A stretch of DNA of 63,900 nucleotides, filler included. It is 15 parts of 15 records of this genome, joined end to end, with 100 filler letters (N's around TTAATTAATTAA, not from the genome) between each part and the next. Parts side by side here need not be neighbours in the genome. Positions count along the whole stretch, not along the records: positions 32,405 to 41,637 come from SRR15195285_6353; positions 41,738 to 45,119 come from SRR15195285_6355; positions 45,220 to 48,984 come from SRR15195285_6360; 12 more parts are not named here. One strand, written 5' to 3'. This document shows, piece after piece, positions 36,709 through 46,471 of this stretch. Every line of letters starts with the position of its first letter. Position 1 is the stretch's first letter. The notes under the pieces are model-generated. The model was not told the origin of the DNA, did not search any database, and saw only the letters and a program-made list of their open reading frames with translations. The position numbers and the translations under genes are program-made.

Positions 36709-39700
36709 TCATGACACAAGGCCTAACACCTCCTCCCCCGCTTCTTCTTCGCCGTCTCTACCACCACTAGCCCCTGCGGTCAGCTCAGCAACTTCATCCG
36801 CAACGTCTTCGGCCACCGCCTCGGTGCTCCCTTCGATTTCATCTTGCATGACTCCCATTGCAGCATCTTCCAAAGCGCACCTGCAACACGTGCAACAGTA
36901 CTCAGTACAGATGAATGTGGGCGCGCTGCTCCCGCTTGCGGTAGCACACTTTGCGACGACCGAGTACAGCTAGCAAATAGAATGATAGACCGGTCGGTAT
37001 AGTTGGACAGACCCATGTGGTGCTGTACTCACCCGCCGAAGATTAGGCCAAACACGAATTCAAATGTTCGTCCAAACATCACAGCCTTCAGTGGATCGAT
37101 CAGAAAGTTGCGCCAGACCAGGGACATCCCGACCGCTGTAAGCCACTCTGCTGTCTTCTCTTCGGAGAACAACACTGTCGTTGCAGCAACTACGACACAC
37201 GATGCCACCGAAGCAACCAAGCTGTATATTATTGGTACTAACCTGGCGCAACCCATCTTTGCCCGTATCTGTAGAGGGCTGACGTGGTGAAACCATATTG
37301 CCACTGCTGCTAGAAGACTGGTCTTATCGATTTGCTTGCCAGATAAGTCACAGCTGAGAAACCAATCGATTTCCGTTTGCGACGGCGGGTGCCCAACGTT
37401 AATATCTGTCAGCAATGCGCGAAGTTGGGCTTCATCCAAGCCGCCGCTGCTGTTGACATCGTAGGATGCAAAGTGTGCGCCAATAAAATCCATTTCATCT
37501 CGTAGGCTGCGCCACATTGCAAGTGACTGCACGAGATCGCTTTTCGAGATCTTGGTCTGGCCTCTCGGATGCTCAGCTAGCACAAGTACGAGATCGATAT
37601 CTGAGTCTGAAACCTTGCACGAGCCACCACCCACATCGATCATAATCGCTCTCAATTCACGCCTCGTGAGCATATCTGGCCAGCCCTTGAGGGCCTGTTG
37701 GACCCAGAGCTCGTGCACGCCCAACTGCAGAGCGATTGCACGGCGGCGCCGACCTGCAGCGTGTGCTGCGGCCAGGTCAACGTCGGCTTCGATTGCTCGT
37801 CGCATCATTACGCGTGGCATCCACAGCAGCACTGCACGGCGCAACTCCTTGCGCTTAAGCGATGCAGCCTGGTCGTGTTCATTCGGACCCAAAGAACATC
37901 CGCTCTCGGCAACTTGCATCACCCAGTTTACCTCGTCATGGGATGGTGAATCTCCGTCTAGACGTTCGAGCAAACTAAATACTTCATCTTGAGAGAAGTC
38001 GGTGCTCCTGTCGAGATCACATTCGTCAAGCATTTGATCTAAGTGTACTAGCTCGGTCTGCACTGCCATATGCAGCGCAATTGCTGTCTTTACTTCCTCT
38101 ATGGCAATGAGGTCAGGAGTGTGAATGTTTGCCGCGTGCAGAACGAAGTCGACTGCGGATTCATCCACCAGCTGAGGATCGTTCGGGTTCAGAGCAGGGA
38201 TGGAAGCACTAAGATCGTCTTTCTGCCTTCGATGCTCTACGGAATGAATGAGCTGTTTCAGCTGCTGCTTGTCCAGGATCGGCTTCCAAGTTTCAGCGTT
38301 CTGAGCAATGACTGTGTCAACCACCGTGAGCCAGCTGTCCACATTGGTGCGTACGCGGCACCTGATCCCTCCCTGCTTCCCATGACGCATACAAGGAGCA
38401 GCAACGGCTCGCCGGGCATGCACGCGTGGATAAAATACAGCCACTGCTTTCCAAACCTCCGCACGCGACAATGTTGTTGCTTCAACACCAAGTTTCCAGC
38501 CATCAAAGGTCGTGCTGCGAACACGTGAGATGATGTGATTCGCTTCTTCGGCTGTGGGAGGTACACCATCGTTGACATCAGCCAGAAGCTGACTCAAGCA
38601 TGTCACGGGCACAGCTCCAGAGTGCGCCTCGTCTAGTCTTTCGAATGCCTCGTCAACAAGCTGCTGCTCGGTTTGCAAGGCGAGGTACAGAGGCACTGCT
38701 GTTTTGAGCTCATTCAGGCTGATGCAACCTGTCTTGTCTGCGTCACAAGATGACATGACGAAATCGACTGCAAACGCAGACACCGGCTTCGGGGAGTTAA
38801 GCTCTTCCATCAGTTGTCTGACATCGTGCGCTTTGATGCCACCGCCTCCCTCGGGCACAAACTTTTCCCATTGCTGCTCAATCCAGATCTCCTGGCGTCG
38901 CCTGATGTGCCCATCCTGCTCATGCCTCTTCTTGCTACGTGGATCCACCACCTTCGCCTGGCGTGGTGCAGTCAAATCCGTCGTCGACTCATCGTCGAAT
39001 GCGTACACCTTTTGTCTGCTACGGAACAAGCAGGGCAGCGACACCCGGATGCACTTCTTACGGAGAGTGCACCACGCGTGCATCGGCTCAAGACATTTGT
39101 TGTCTACTTCCTGCGTGGCATTAGGCTCCTTAGGATCTGCAGGTGTCTTTTCAGCAATGCCGACCCCTTGCTCAGTCTGTCGGATTGTGCGGCCAATGAC
39201 ACCAGCCTTCAAACTGAGGTCACCCTCTACGGTGCACAGAGACGCCCAAAAGTGATGCACAGAACTGATAGGTTGGAGCACGAGCACGAGCACTCGGATC
39301 AGGTCATGGAGGTCTTACCAAAAGGGCGGCGCAGCCATGCAAACACGAAGTTCTATCGCACAGAGACAGATCGCCAGAATGTCAAGAACTATCCGCTCAA
39401 AAAGGTCACTGCCAAGCACGGGCATATCTCACCAGCGTGCCGCATATTGGTATACTGACTGCAGCCGCCAGCAACGAGGCCAGCAGCCCGTTGCCTTCGC
39501 ACTCTCTATCGCACTGCTCCGCGCATTCCGTGTCCCCGCCGCTGTAAGTCTCGTCCGGGCCTGCACCAGCCGCATAGTCAATTCTATTTACTTGCACTGC
39601 ACCCGAGTAGAGAAGTAGACTTACAGGCGTCGTAGCAATCAGGATCTGGCTTGGTAAAGAATAGCACCTGTCGTGAGTGAAAAAAGTCAACAAGCCATCT

Positions 39701-41637
39701 CACTGCTCAGATAGATGTACAGTGACCGATTTGATTGGTCTACGTACGTTCAAGACCATCGTAATCAATGTTGCCCCCCAAATCACAAGTAGCCGCTGAG
39801 ATTTCAGATATGGATCACCGCGGTAGCCGAAAACCATTGCGCCAACAGGCCATTCAGTTCTGAGCTTGATACAGCATTGCTTAAACCACGAAACGTCGGT
39901 ACTATCCAACAGCTGGCGCTGATGCACAAACTCTGATGCTCGGTGCTCGTAATCACGGCGCCGCTGCTCTTGTGCCGAAACTTCCTCTACGAGATCGTTG
40001 TATATCTTCAAGCTAAGCATCGCAGTGAATATAGACAGCACCAGTGTAGAAAAAGCTGTAATTGCTGACACTGGGTTGTTAGTTATCCATTCTTTAGAAA
40101 AAAGCGCTGTCACACTCATCCTGTTGAAAGTAGGGGCTATTTACCAAGCATACGCAACATGCAAACCAGGATATTGAGAGGCACAGACTATAAGATGTGC
40201 TACCTATGCAACGAAAATTCTACCTTCATCTGAAAGGGTCGACAGCAGCTTCTAGCAGCTTGAGGAGATTACTGAGCGTGCAAGTAAGAGGCTCACCTGG
40301 TCCAATGAAGTTGGAGAACGAAGTAAGGTGCGTGAATGCACACGTGGCAGAAGTTTCGTTCCTGACCACTAGCTCACCATCCTCTCTCCACAGTTTAGCT
40401 GAAGCATCCCAGAAGCTGCACAGAAGTGCATCACCAAGGTACACTTTACGCAGTAGACCCCGCATGCATTCACACTCTTCCGGCCATTGTGCGCAGTCCT
40501 CAGCACCTCCACGGATTCCGGAGCATCCAGGAATCGCTTCTTCAGCCCGAAGTGCTGCATCACACGACTCCGGGGTGGATGGACAGAAGAGCTGCTCATC
40601 GGTTTCTCTTCGCCGAAGCTCTTCTCGCTCGAGCTGCAGAGTCGCGGTAAAGTTGCCAGCAGCAAAACCACAGGAAGCAGCAGCTGCTTCGCCAGCAACA
40701 CTCACCGCTTCCGTTGTCATGCTTGTCCGATTCCACAGGCGGGATATGTACTCCTCAACCTCGTCCAGCGTCCGTCCGTCAAGATTTGCAGAGAAGTGGG
40801 GTCTACGAATTATTGGAATGGTCACGAGCAGCGGATCACTCAGATCACGCACCTCCAGTTCGGTACTCGCTTGGAGCTGTCGCCGACCGCCGGGTGCAAC
40901 ATTGAATTTGATGGTTGTCACACCAGAGGAGCGCTCAGCGTTTGAACCGTCGGTCATTGTGGCTGGTGTCCAGAACAATGGGCCAGCTTTCGCATATACA
41001 ACGACTGTCGAAGACACGACAGCGCCGTTCGCCGCCGCCAGTGCACCAGGCGGTACTGAAACCACACCTGCCAAGGTCGTCCCTTCCAACTGCTCCGGGC
41101 TGTCTTTGGCAACCACGAGCTCAAATGTGTCCGTCTGTAGCACGCTTGGGGGTGACCCAACATCTAAGCTGTTCGAAATACTTGCTGAAATGGACAGCAC
41201 CACATTCTCCAGGCGCTCGCCCCTGTTTTCGTTATCGTCAGCAATCGATGCCTGGGATTCCACAGTGACAAACAAGGAGCTTGTTGCTGAAGCAGCTGCG
41301 TCCACTTGGTAATCAAGCACCTCACCCTGTCTTGTCATCTCTTCAATCAACTCGATGGCCGTGTCCGCTGCTACTGCATCGATTTCATCTGGACGTTCAA
41401 CCACCGCGGCCAAACTGACGCTGACAGTTTCCAGCGTTCCTGCTGTGAGGTTACCAGATCGTCGAACAACGTCGTCGAGTGAATTTATCAGCTCAGTCCG
41501 GATCGCCACCGCATCTTCTCTAGATAATTCTGCCCCAGTGAGATTGCTGTTCAGCGCCTCTGACAGCTCTGTCACGAGTTGAGGCGCGTCTTCGATAGTG
41601 ATGTTATTCAACAAATCTGTGACAAGTTGAGATGTGT
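36709..41637 (-). CDS. Polycystin-1/REJ-like GAIN(GPS) membrane protein with 5 TM segments and a large cytoplasmic EF-hand array (5'-truncated, about 5 introns)
   Basis: GPS motif CSFWD...W..DG....ATCAFTHLTSF; PTFNRM...NNP then TM1; EWPVGAMVF...SQRLLVIW (TM2); TM3 LLASLLAAAVSIPICGTL|NFVF; EF loops DADKTGCISLNE, DEAHSGAVPV, DLDRSTDFSQDE and DVNSSGGLDEAQ; final TM pair ...FSEEKTAEWLTAVGMSL...IDPLKA; acidic tail. Confidence 0.75.
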
Positions 41638-41746
41638 NNNNNNNNNNNNNNNNNNNNNNNNNNNNNNNNNNNNNNNNNNNNTTAATTAATTAANNNNNNN
41701 NNNNNNNNNNNNNNNNNNNNNNNNNNNNNNNNNNNNNTCGCATCCG

Positions 41747-41776
41747 GAGAATTCTCACTTTGAGAATTCTCACTTT
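41747..41776. repeat. 15-nt tandem duplication GAGAATTCTCACTTT x2
   Basis: Exact duplicate upstream of the PhyH gene. Confidence 0.85.
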
Positions 41777-41912
41777 CAATCATCACTTTCGTATAGCCGC
41801 GGGCGGCACACGGGCGCCTCGGCACGTGATCTACACCCGAGGGTACGGCACGCAGCCACACACGCAACGCCCCGGGACGAGCGGGGGCGGCAGGCTACTT
41901 CCTCACGGCGCG

Positions 41913-42909
41913 ATGGAGTCGCTGCAGCTGACGAGCGCAGAGGTCCACTCACTCCGGCGCTCGCTGGTGGAAGACGGATACTGCATCATCCGCCAGGTCA
42001 TGGATGGAAATCTCGTGCAGCGCGTGCGGGACTGGAGCGATGCGCTCCTCTCAAGCCCGGACCACCCGGAATGGAGCGTCAAATTCCAGGGTATGCGCTC
42101 TCTGCCATGAACTACCGGTGCGATGTGTCGGGCCCTGACCTGCGTCCCTGTTGGCCGGAGCAGGGGACGTCGAATTCTGCCAATCCCCGCGCGCAGTCAG
42201 AGCAGCTACGGGTGCGCCCGGCGAGCAAAGTTCCGCACGACGCCCCTTGGCAGCAAATCACTCGATACACCCGATCGTAGAGGAAATTTTTGATCTACCC
42301 GCAGCGAAGTCCGTTTGCGATGCGATTGGCCTCGAGAATCTACGTTCCGACAACGAGACAATTATCTTGCTGAGCAAGTACCCGGGTGCTCCGCCGCTGT
42401 ATTTTCACCAAGACCTGATGAATTGGGATCATGCGTCCGCCACAACCCCGTGGCCGACCAGGGTGTTTCTGAACTACTATACCGTTGACACGGACCGGTC
42501 CAACGGATGCCTGCGGGTAATCCCGGGCAGCCATCGGAAGCGCCATCGGCTGCACGATGTGCTGCCGGACGCGCACGGGCAGGAGCTCACAGAGGCCAAG
42601 GACTTATCAGCTGAAATCTTCGGGAGCGACATCCCGGACGCAATTGACGTGCCGTTGGCTGCTGGTGACCTAATCATCGGTGACGCACGACTCCTGCACG
42701 CGGCTTGGCCCAACACGACTGACACACGGCGCACCTGCGTGCTTGCCTGGCACAACGTCTTCGACTTTCCAAGCCCACCATCTTGGTGGACTGGCGATAT
42801 TCCAGACGAGGTTCAGCAGTACAGCGCCGAGGACGAAGTGCCGCCGACGACACGGAAACCTCGGAGGAGCGCACAGCACGCGGCAGCAGAAGCAAACGCT
42901 CGACTGTAG
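41913..42909 (+). CDS. Phytanoyl-CoA dioxygenase (PhyH) family protein; intron 42091-42163
   Basis: LVEDGYCIIRQV, PLYFHQD, YYTVDTDRSNGCLRVIPGSH and AGDLIIGDARLLHAAWPN...RR. Confidence 0.9.
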
Positions 42910-43083
42910 CGGCTGAGCTAGCTATCTGGTCGGCTAGTAGTTCAGGAGCAGTGCAGAAAAGGCGGAATGCGATACAAGCAGTGATGCAGTGTACAGCGTC
43001 TGAATTCAGCAAGCCCTTTGCGCAGCTATCGTAGGGGCGAATCTCGCTCCTCACCGCAGCACACTCGTGGACAGGTGAGCTAG

Positions 43084-44652
43084 CTAAGCTGTCTTCTGCT
43101 CCCGCGCCTGCTCTATACCCTGGTCTACAGCCTCAGGCTCGGCCGCAAGCTCAGGCTCAGGCACAGCACCATCTCCGTCCGCTTCGGCAGGTCGGCTGGC
43201 ATTCCACTTCTGACCTTCCGATATATTTCTGCAAGCGTGCAAGAACCGATCCCGGTCGTACTCCGCCTGGAAAGCAAAGTTCGCCTCCTTGTCCTTCCGT
43301 GTGTTGAAGCCAGCTTCGTTCTGAGTACTCACTGTCATTTTGAAGTACTCACCGTGCAGCGTGAATTTCTCCATGCCTCCTTCAATTGTACAGTTCGAAA
43401 GATCCTCAATTGATGTGGTCCGGGTTTCAGGAGCAGCGGTTTCGTCTTGTGTCCAGGCATCGAACATTTCTTTGGTGTCGAAGACCAGCAGCTTCTGGTC
43501 CCTGATTGCGATGAACCGTTGGGGGCAGTAGGCCGTGAATTTGGGCTTCTGCTTCAACGCGACTGCCGTGGGTTCATCTTCCTCGTTAGCTCCTCCTGCT
43601 GCTCTCTCTGCTATCGCCGGTACCGATGCTGCGCCAGCGCTAAGATGGTGGGCCTCGAAGGCCTTTACGGCGGCTTGCTGAGACTCCCCGAGACTCACGT
43701 GCGGCCGGCGCTGCTTGACAAAGGCCATCGCCTCGTCCGCAGTCATCCCTCGATGCACCAGATAGCAGCACACCACAGCGCAGCTGCGCCCTCTGCCGGC
43801 CTTGCAGTGCACATACACTGTGTTCTGCTGCGCCATGTGTTTGTCGAGGAATACACACGCTTCGTCAAACTGTTCCGGCGTCGGGCGGTTGAAATCCTCT
43901 ACCGGAAAGATCATCTGATCTACCCCCTTGCTGACCCATTCTTCAGTAGAGACCGGGGTGTTGAGGTAAGTCGGCTGCAGCTCGTAGGCTTTGTTGAGGG
44001 TGAGCACGGCGCGAACTCGGCTGAAGCCATTCGCGGCAACGGTAGCCTCAGTGAGAGTTTCAAGATGGCCCTCCGGCTGGAGCGGGAGGGCACCGAGGAC
44101 TATAGTGCCGTACGGGAGCAACAGCGGCGTCCACCAAGGCCGCCCGCCCTGGGAAAAGGTTGCGTTTGGCAGCGAGAGGAACTTGTTGTAGGTCAGCGAC
44201 ACGTTGTACACGAGGCTCTGCTTGGTTGTGCCCGCGCCGTCGCTCGGAGGCGCGTCGGCGGCCGGCGCGTCGGCGGCCGGCGCGTCGGCGGCTGGCGATA
44301 GCGCGTCGGCGGCTGGCGCGTCGCTAGGTGGCGTGTCGCCGCCGCCAGGTGGCGCAGCAGCCGCAGCCTCGTCATCCGTGCCGCCTAGCGAGCCCTCCCG
44401 CTCGAGTGTGATCATCGGCGGCGGGGTGTCGCCGTAGATCGACCTCCGGTTCCCGTCGCCCGCCCCCTCACCCTCACCCTCACCCTCCTCCACTCCTCCA
44501 GGCTCCCGCTCGGGCGCCAGCACGACCTCCGTCTCCACCCCTTCACCGCCACCGTCAGCAGCATCAGCAGCAGCAGCATCCTCCACCGCTGGCACCGGCG
44601 CCGGTGCGGCCACCTCCCCGCCGTGCTCCGCCAACGCCGACTTGTCCTCCAT
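43084..44652 (-). CDS. PTPMT1-like dual-specificity (lipid) phosphatase with an acidic N-terminus and a C-terminal PH-like domain
   Basis: IVLGALP, VLTLNKAYE, PVEDF, P-loop VYVHCKAGRGRS and VKQRRP. The C-terminus QRFIAIRDQKLLVFD...FAFQAEYDRDRFLHAC is PH-like. ATG at 44652. Confidence 0.8.
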   Translation of the reverse strand: MEDKSALAEHGGEVAAPAPVPAVEDAAAADAADGGGEGVETEVVLAPEREPGGVEEGEGEGEGAGDGNRRSIYGDTPPPMITLEREGSLGGTDDEAAAAAPPGGGDTPPSDAPAADALSPAADAPAADAPAADAPPSDGAGTTKQSLVYNVSLTYNKFLSLPNATFSQGGRPWWTPLLLPYGTIVLGALPLQPEGHLETLTEATVAANGFSRVRAVLTLNKAYELQPTYLNTPVSTEEWVSKGVDQMIFPVEDFNRPTPEQFDEACVFLDKHMAQQNTVYVHCKAGRGRSCAVVCCYLVHRGMTADEAMAFVKQRRPHVSLGESQQAAVKAFEAHHLSAGAASVPAIAERAAGGANEEDEPTAVALKQKPKFTAYCPQRFIAIRDQKLLVFDTKEMFDAWTQDETAAPETRTTSIEDLSNCTIEGGMEKFTLHGEYFKMTVSTQNEAGFNTRKDKEANFAFQAEYDRDRFLHACRNISEGQKWNASRPAEADGDGAVPEPELAAEPEAVDQGIEQAREQKTA

Positions 44653-45219
44653 CACCCCTCGCCACGAACACGCCGGTCCAACCTGCAGCGGCAGCGGCAC
44701 TGCCCGCGACTGCAGACGATGTAACTCCTTGACAAGCAGCTTCAAACCGCAGTTGCAAACCAGCAGGGCGCCAACGCCAACGCCAACGCTAACGAACTTC
44801 GTTGCAGGGGGGGGGTAGCAGCCTGGCAGGGGAGGGTGCCGTGGCCTCGGCTCGATTTTTTCTTCAGTCAACTTTTAGATATATTATATATGAATTGTTA
44901 CTGGGAATTTGCATGGAAAAAAACATTCGCGCCGCTCCCGCTCGCGTCGGCGGCAACGCACACTGCGCCACTGGGGGGGGAGCTTGGCCTTCCTCGATCG
45001 ATCCACGGTGCAGGGATCCTCCCGGTGGCCGAGCCTCGCGGCGCCGGCGGGTCGGTGCTCCATCGGCGCCGCGGTTTTCTGGTGACCAGTCCACAGAGGT
45101 CCGAGACCGGGACAATCCTNNNNNNNNNNNNNNNNNNNNNNNNNNNNNNNNNNNNNNNNNNNNTTAATTAATTAANNNNNNNNNNNNNNNNNNNNNNNNN
45201 NNNNNNNNNNNNNNNNNNN

Positions 45220-46057
45220 GAAGCCCAGGCAAAAGCGGAAGCTGAAGAAGCACGCAAAGCAAAGGCAGCCGGAGAGGCGGCCGAAGCCGCAAGAGTTGCG
45301 GCGGCTGAGAAAGCCAATGAAGAAGCCAAAGCTAAGGCTGAAGAAGCCGCAGCCGCTGCTGTTGCAGCGGAGGTGGAGCGCGCAAAGGCCTCGCTTGATC
45401 GCCCTGAGCTGAAGGATCAGGCGAAGGCTGAGCTAGGAACCGATCACCACGATGCTGGAGATGATGCACCTGTGCCTGTCCCTGTGCTAGCTGAAGGGCA
45501 TGTCGCTGCAATTGCTGAACGCTCGGAAGATCAGAAGAAAAAGGACACGGAAGAGGCACACAAGGGTGAAATGGGCAAGAGGCTCAAAGCAGCAGGTGCA
45601 AAAGTTGGTGCATTGACAGCGTCGCTGATGTGGGACAACCTCAATGACCTAGATCTGCACTGTGAATCACCAACGGGGTCGCATATTTTCTACGCTTCGA
45701 GGGTTGGCACGTGTACAGGTGTCTTGGACGTTGACGCAAACGCAAGCGAAAAGCACTCGACAGCGCAGCCCATCGAAAACATTCTTTGGCACAACCCACC
45801 TAAAGGCCACTACCGAATTTGGGTTGAAAAGTACGTCAACCTCTCCCCGTCGTATCCTCACAGTTGAGAGGCTCTGTATAGCGTTCAAACAGCATCGTCA
45901 CATTCTTGCACGTGCCCACAATGTTCGCAGCTGCGACGGCACCCGGGCTGATGGCGAAACTCCGTTCAATGTACGCCTGACAAAAAACGGCGTGGCTGAA
46001 GATAAGCATTTCGACGACATTGAAGAATATGACGAGTGTGATGTTTTCGAATTGTGA
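45220..46057 (+). CDS. 5'-truncated protein: Ala/Glu/Lys-rich coiled coil plus a YfaP/DUF2135-like domain; intron 45831-45930
   Basis: LTASLMWDNLNDLDLHCESPTG..IFY...LDVDAN...PIENILW..PPKGHYRIWV. The intron restores the frame (VE|NCDG). Confidence 0.75.
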
Positions 46058-46098
46058 GCTGCCTTCTTTATGTTTTCGAATTGTGAGCTGCCTTCTTT
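46041..46098. repeat. 29-bp tandem duplication spanning the stop codon
   Basis: ATGTTTTCGAATTGTGAGCTGCCTTCTTT x2. Confidence 0.9.
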
Positions 46099-46471
46099 GC
46101 TGCGATCGTCCGCTGCGCACAGTGACGATGGTAATTCATGTCTAGATCTAACAACTCAACTGAACGCATCGTGGTGCCTTGCGAGTGTGCAGTGATTTGT
46201 AGCTTGGGTGTGTCATCGTGCTGTACTGTATCGACCATTCACCAAACGTGTGTCGACATTGTTTAATTGTCAAGTTACAATGAAACCATCAAGCAATTCG
46301 CAACAGGCATGGAACCAGCTTTGACCCCGAGCAGACTTTCTTCCCACGACCTGGGGCATAGGCAGATCACGCGCTGATTAGATGATTCTAGAGCGAACAT
46401 GAAGATCTTCATCATCAGACAGCACTTGTGTCAGGGGCACTTGACTTACAACAGCGTGACAAAAAGGGCTG

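Noticed and set aside
44247-44330. 15-nt GC-rich repeats (GCGCGTCGGCGGCCG)
   Set aside because: They are coding repeats (APAAD) inside the phosphatase N-terminus.
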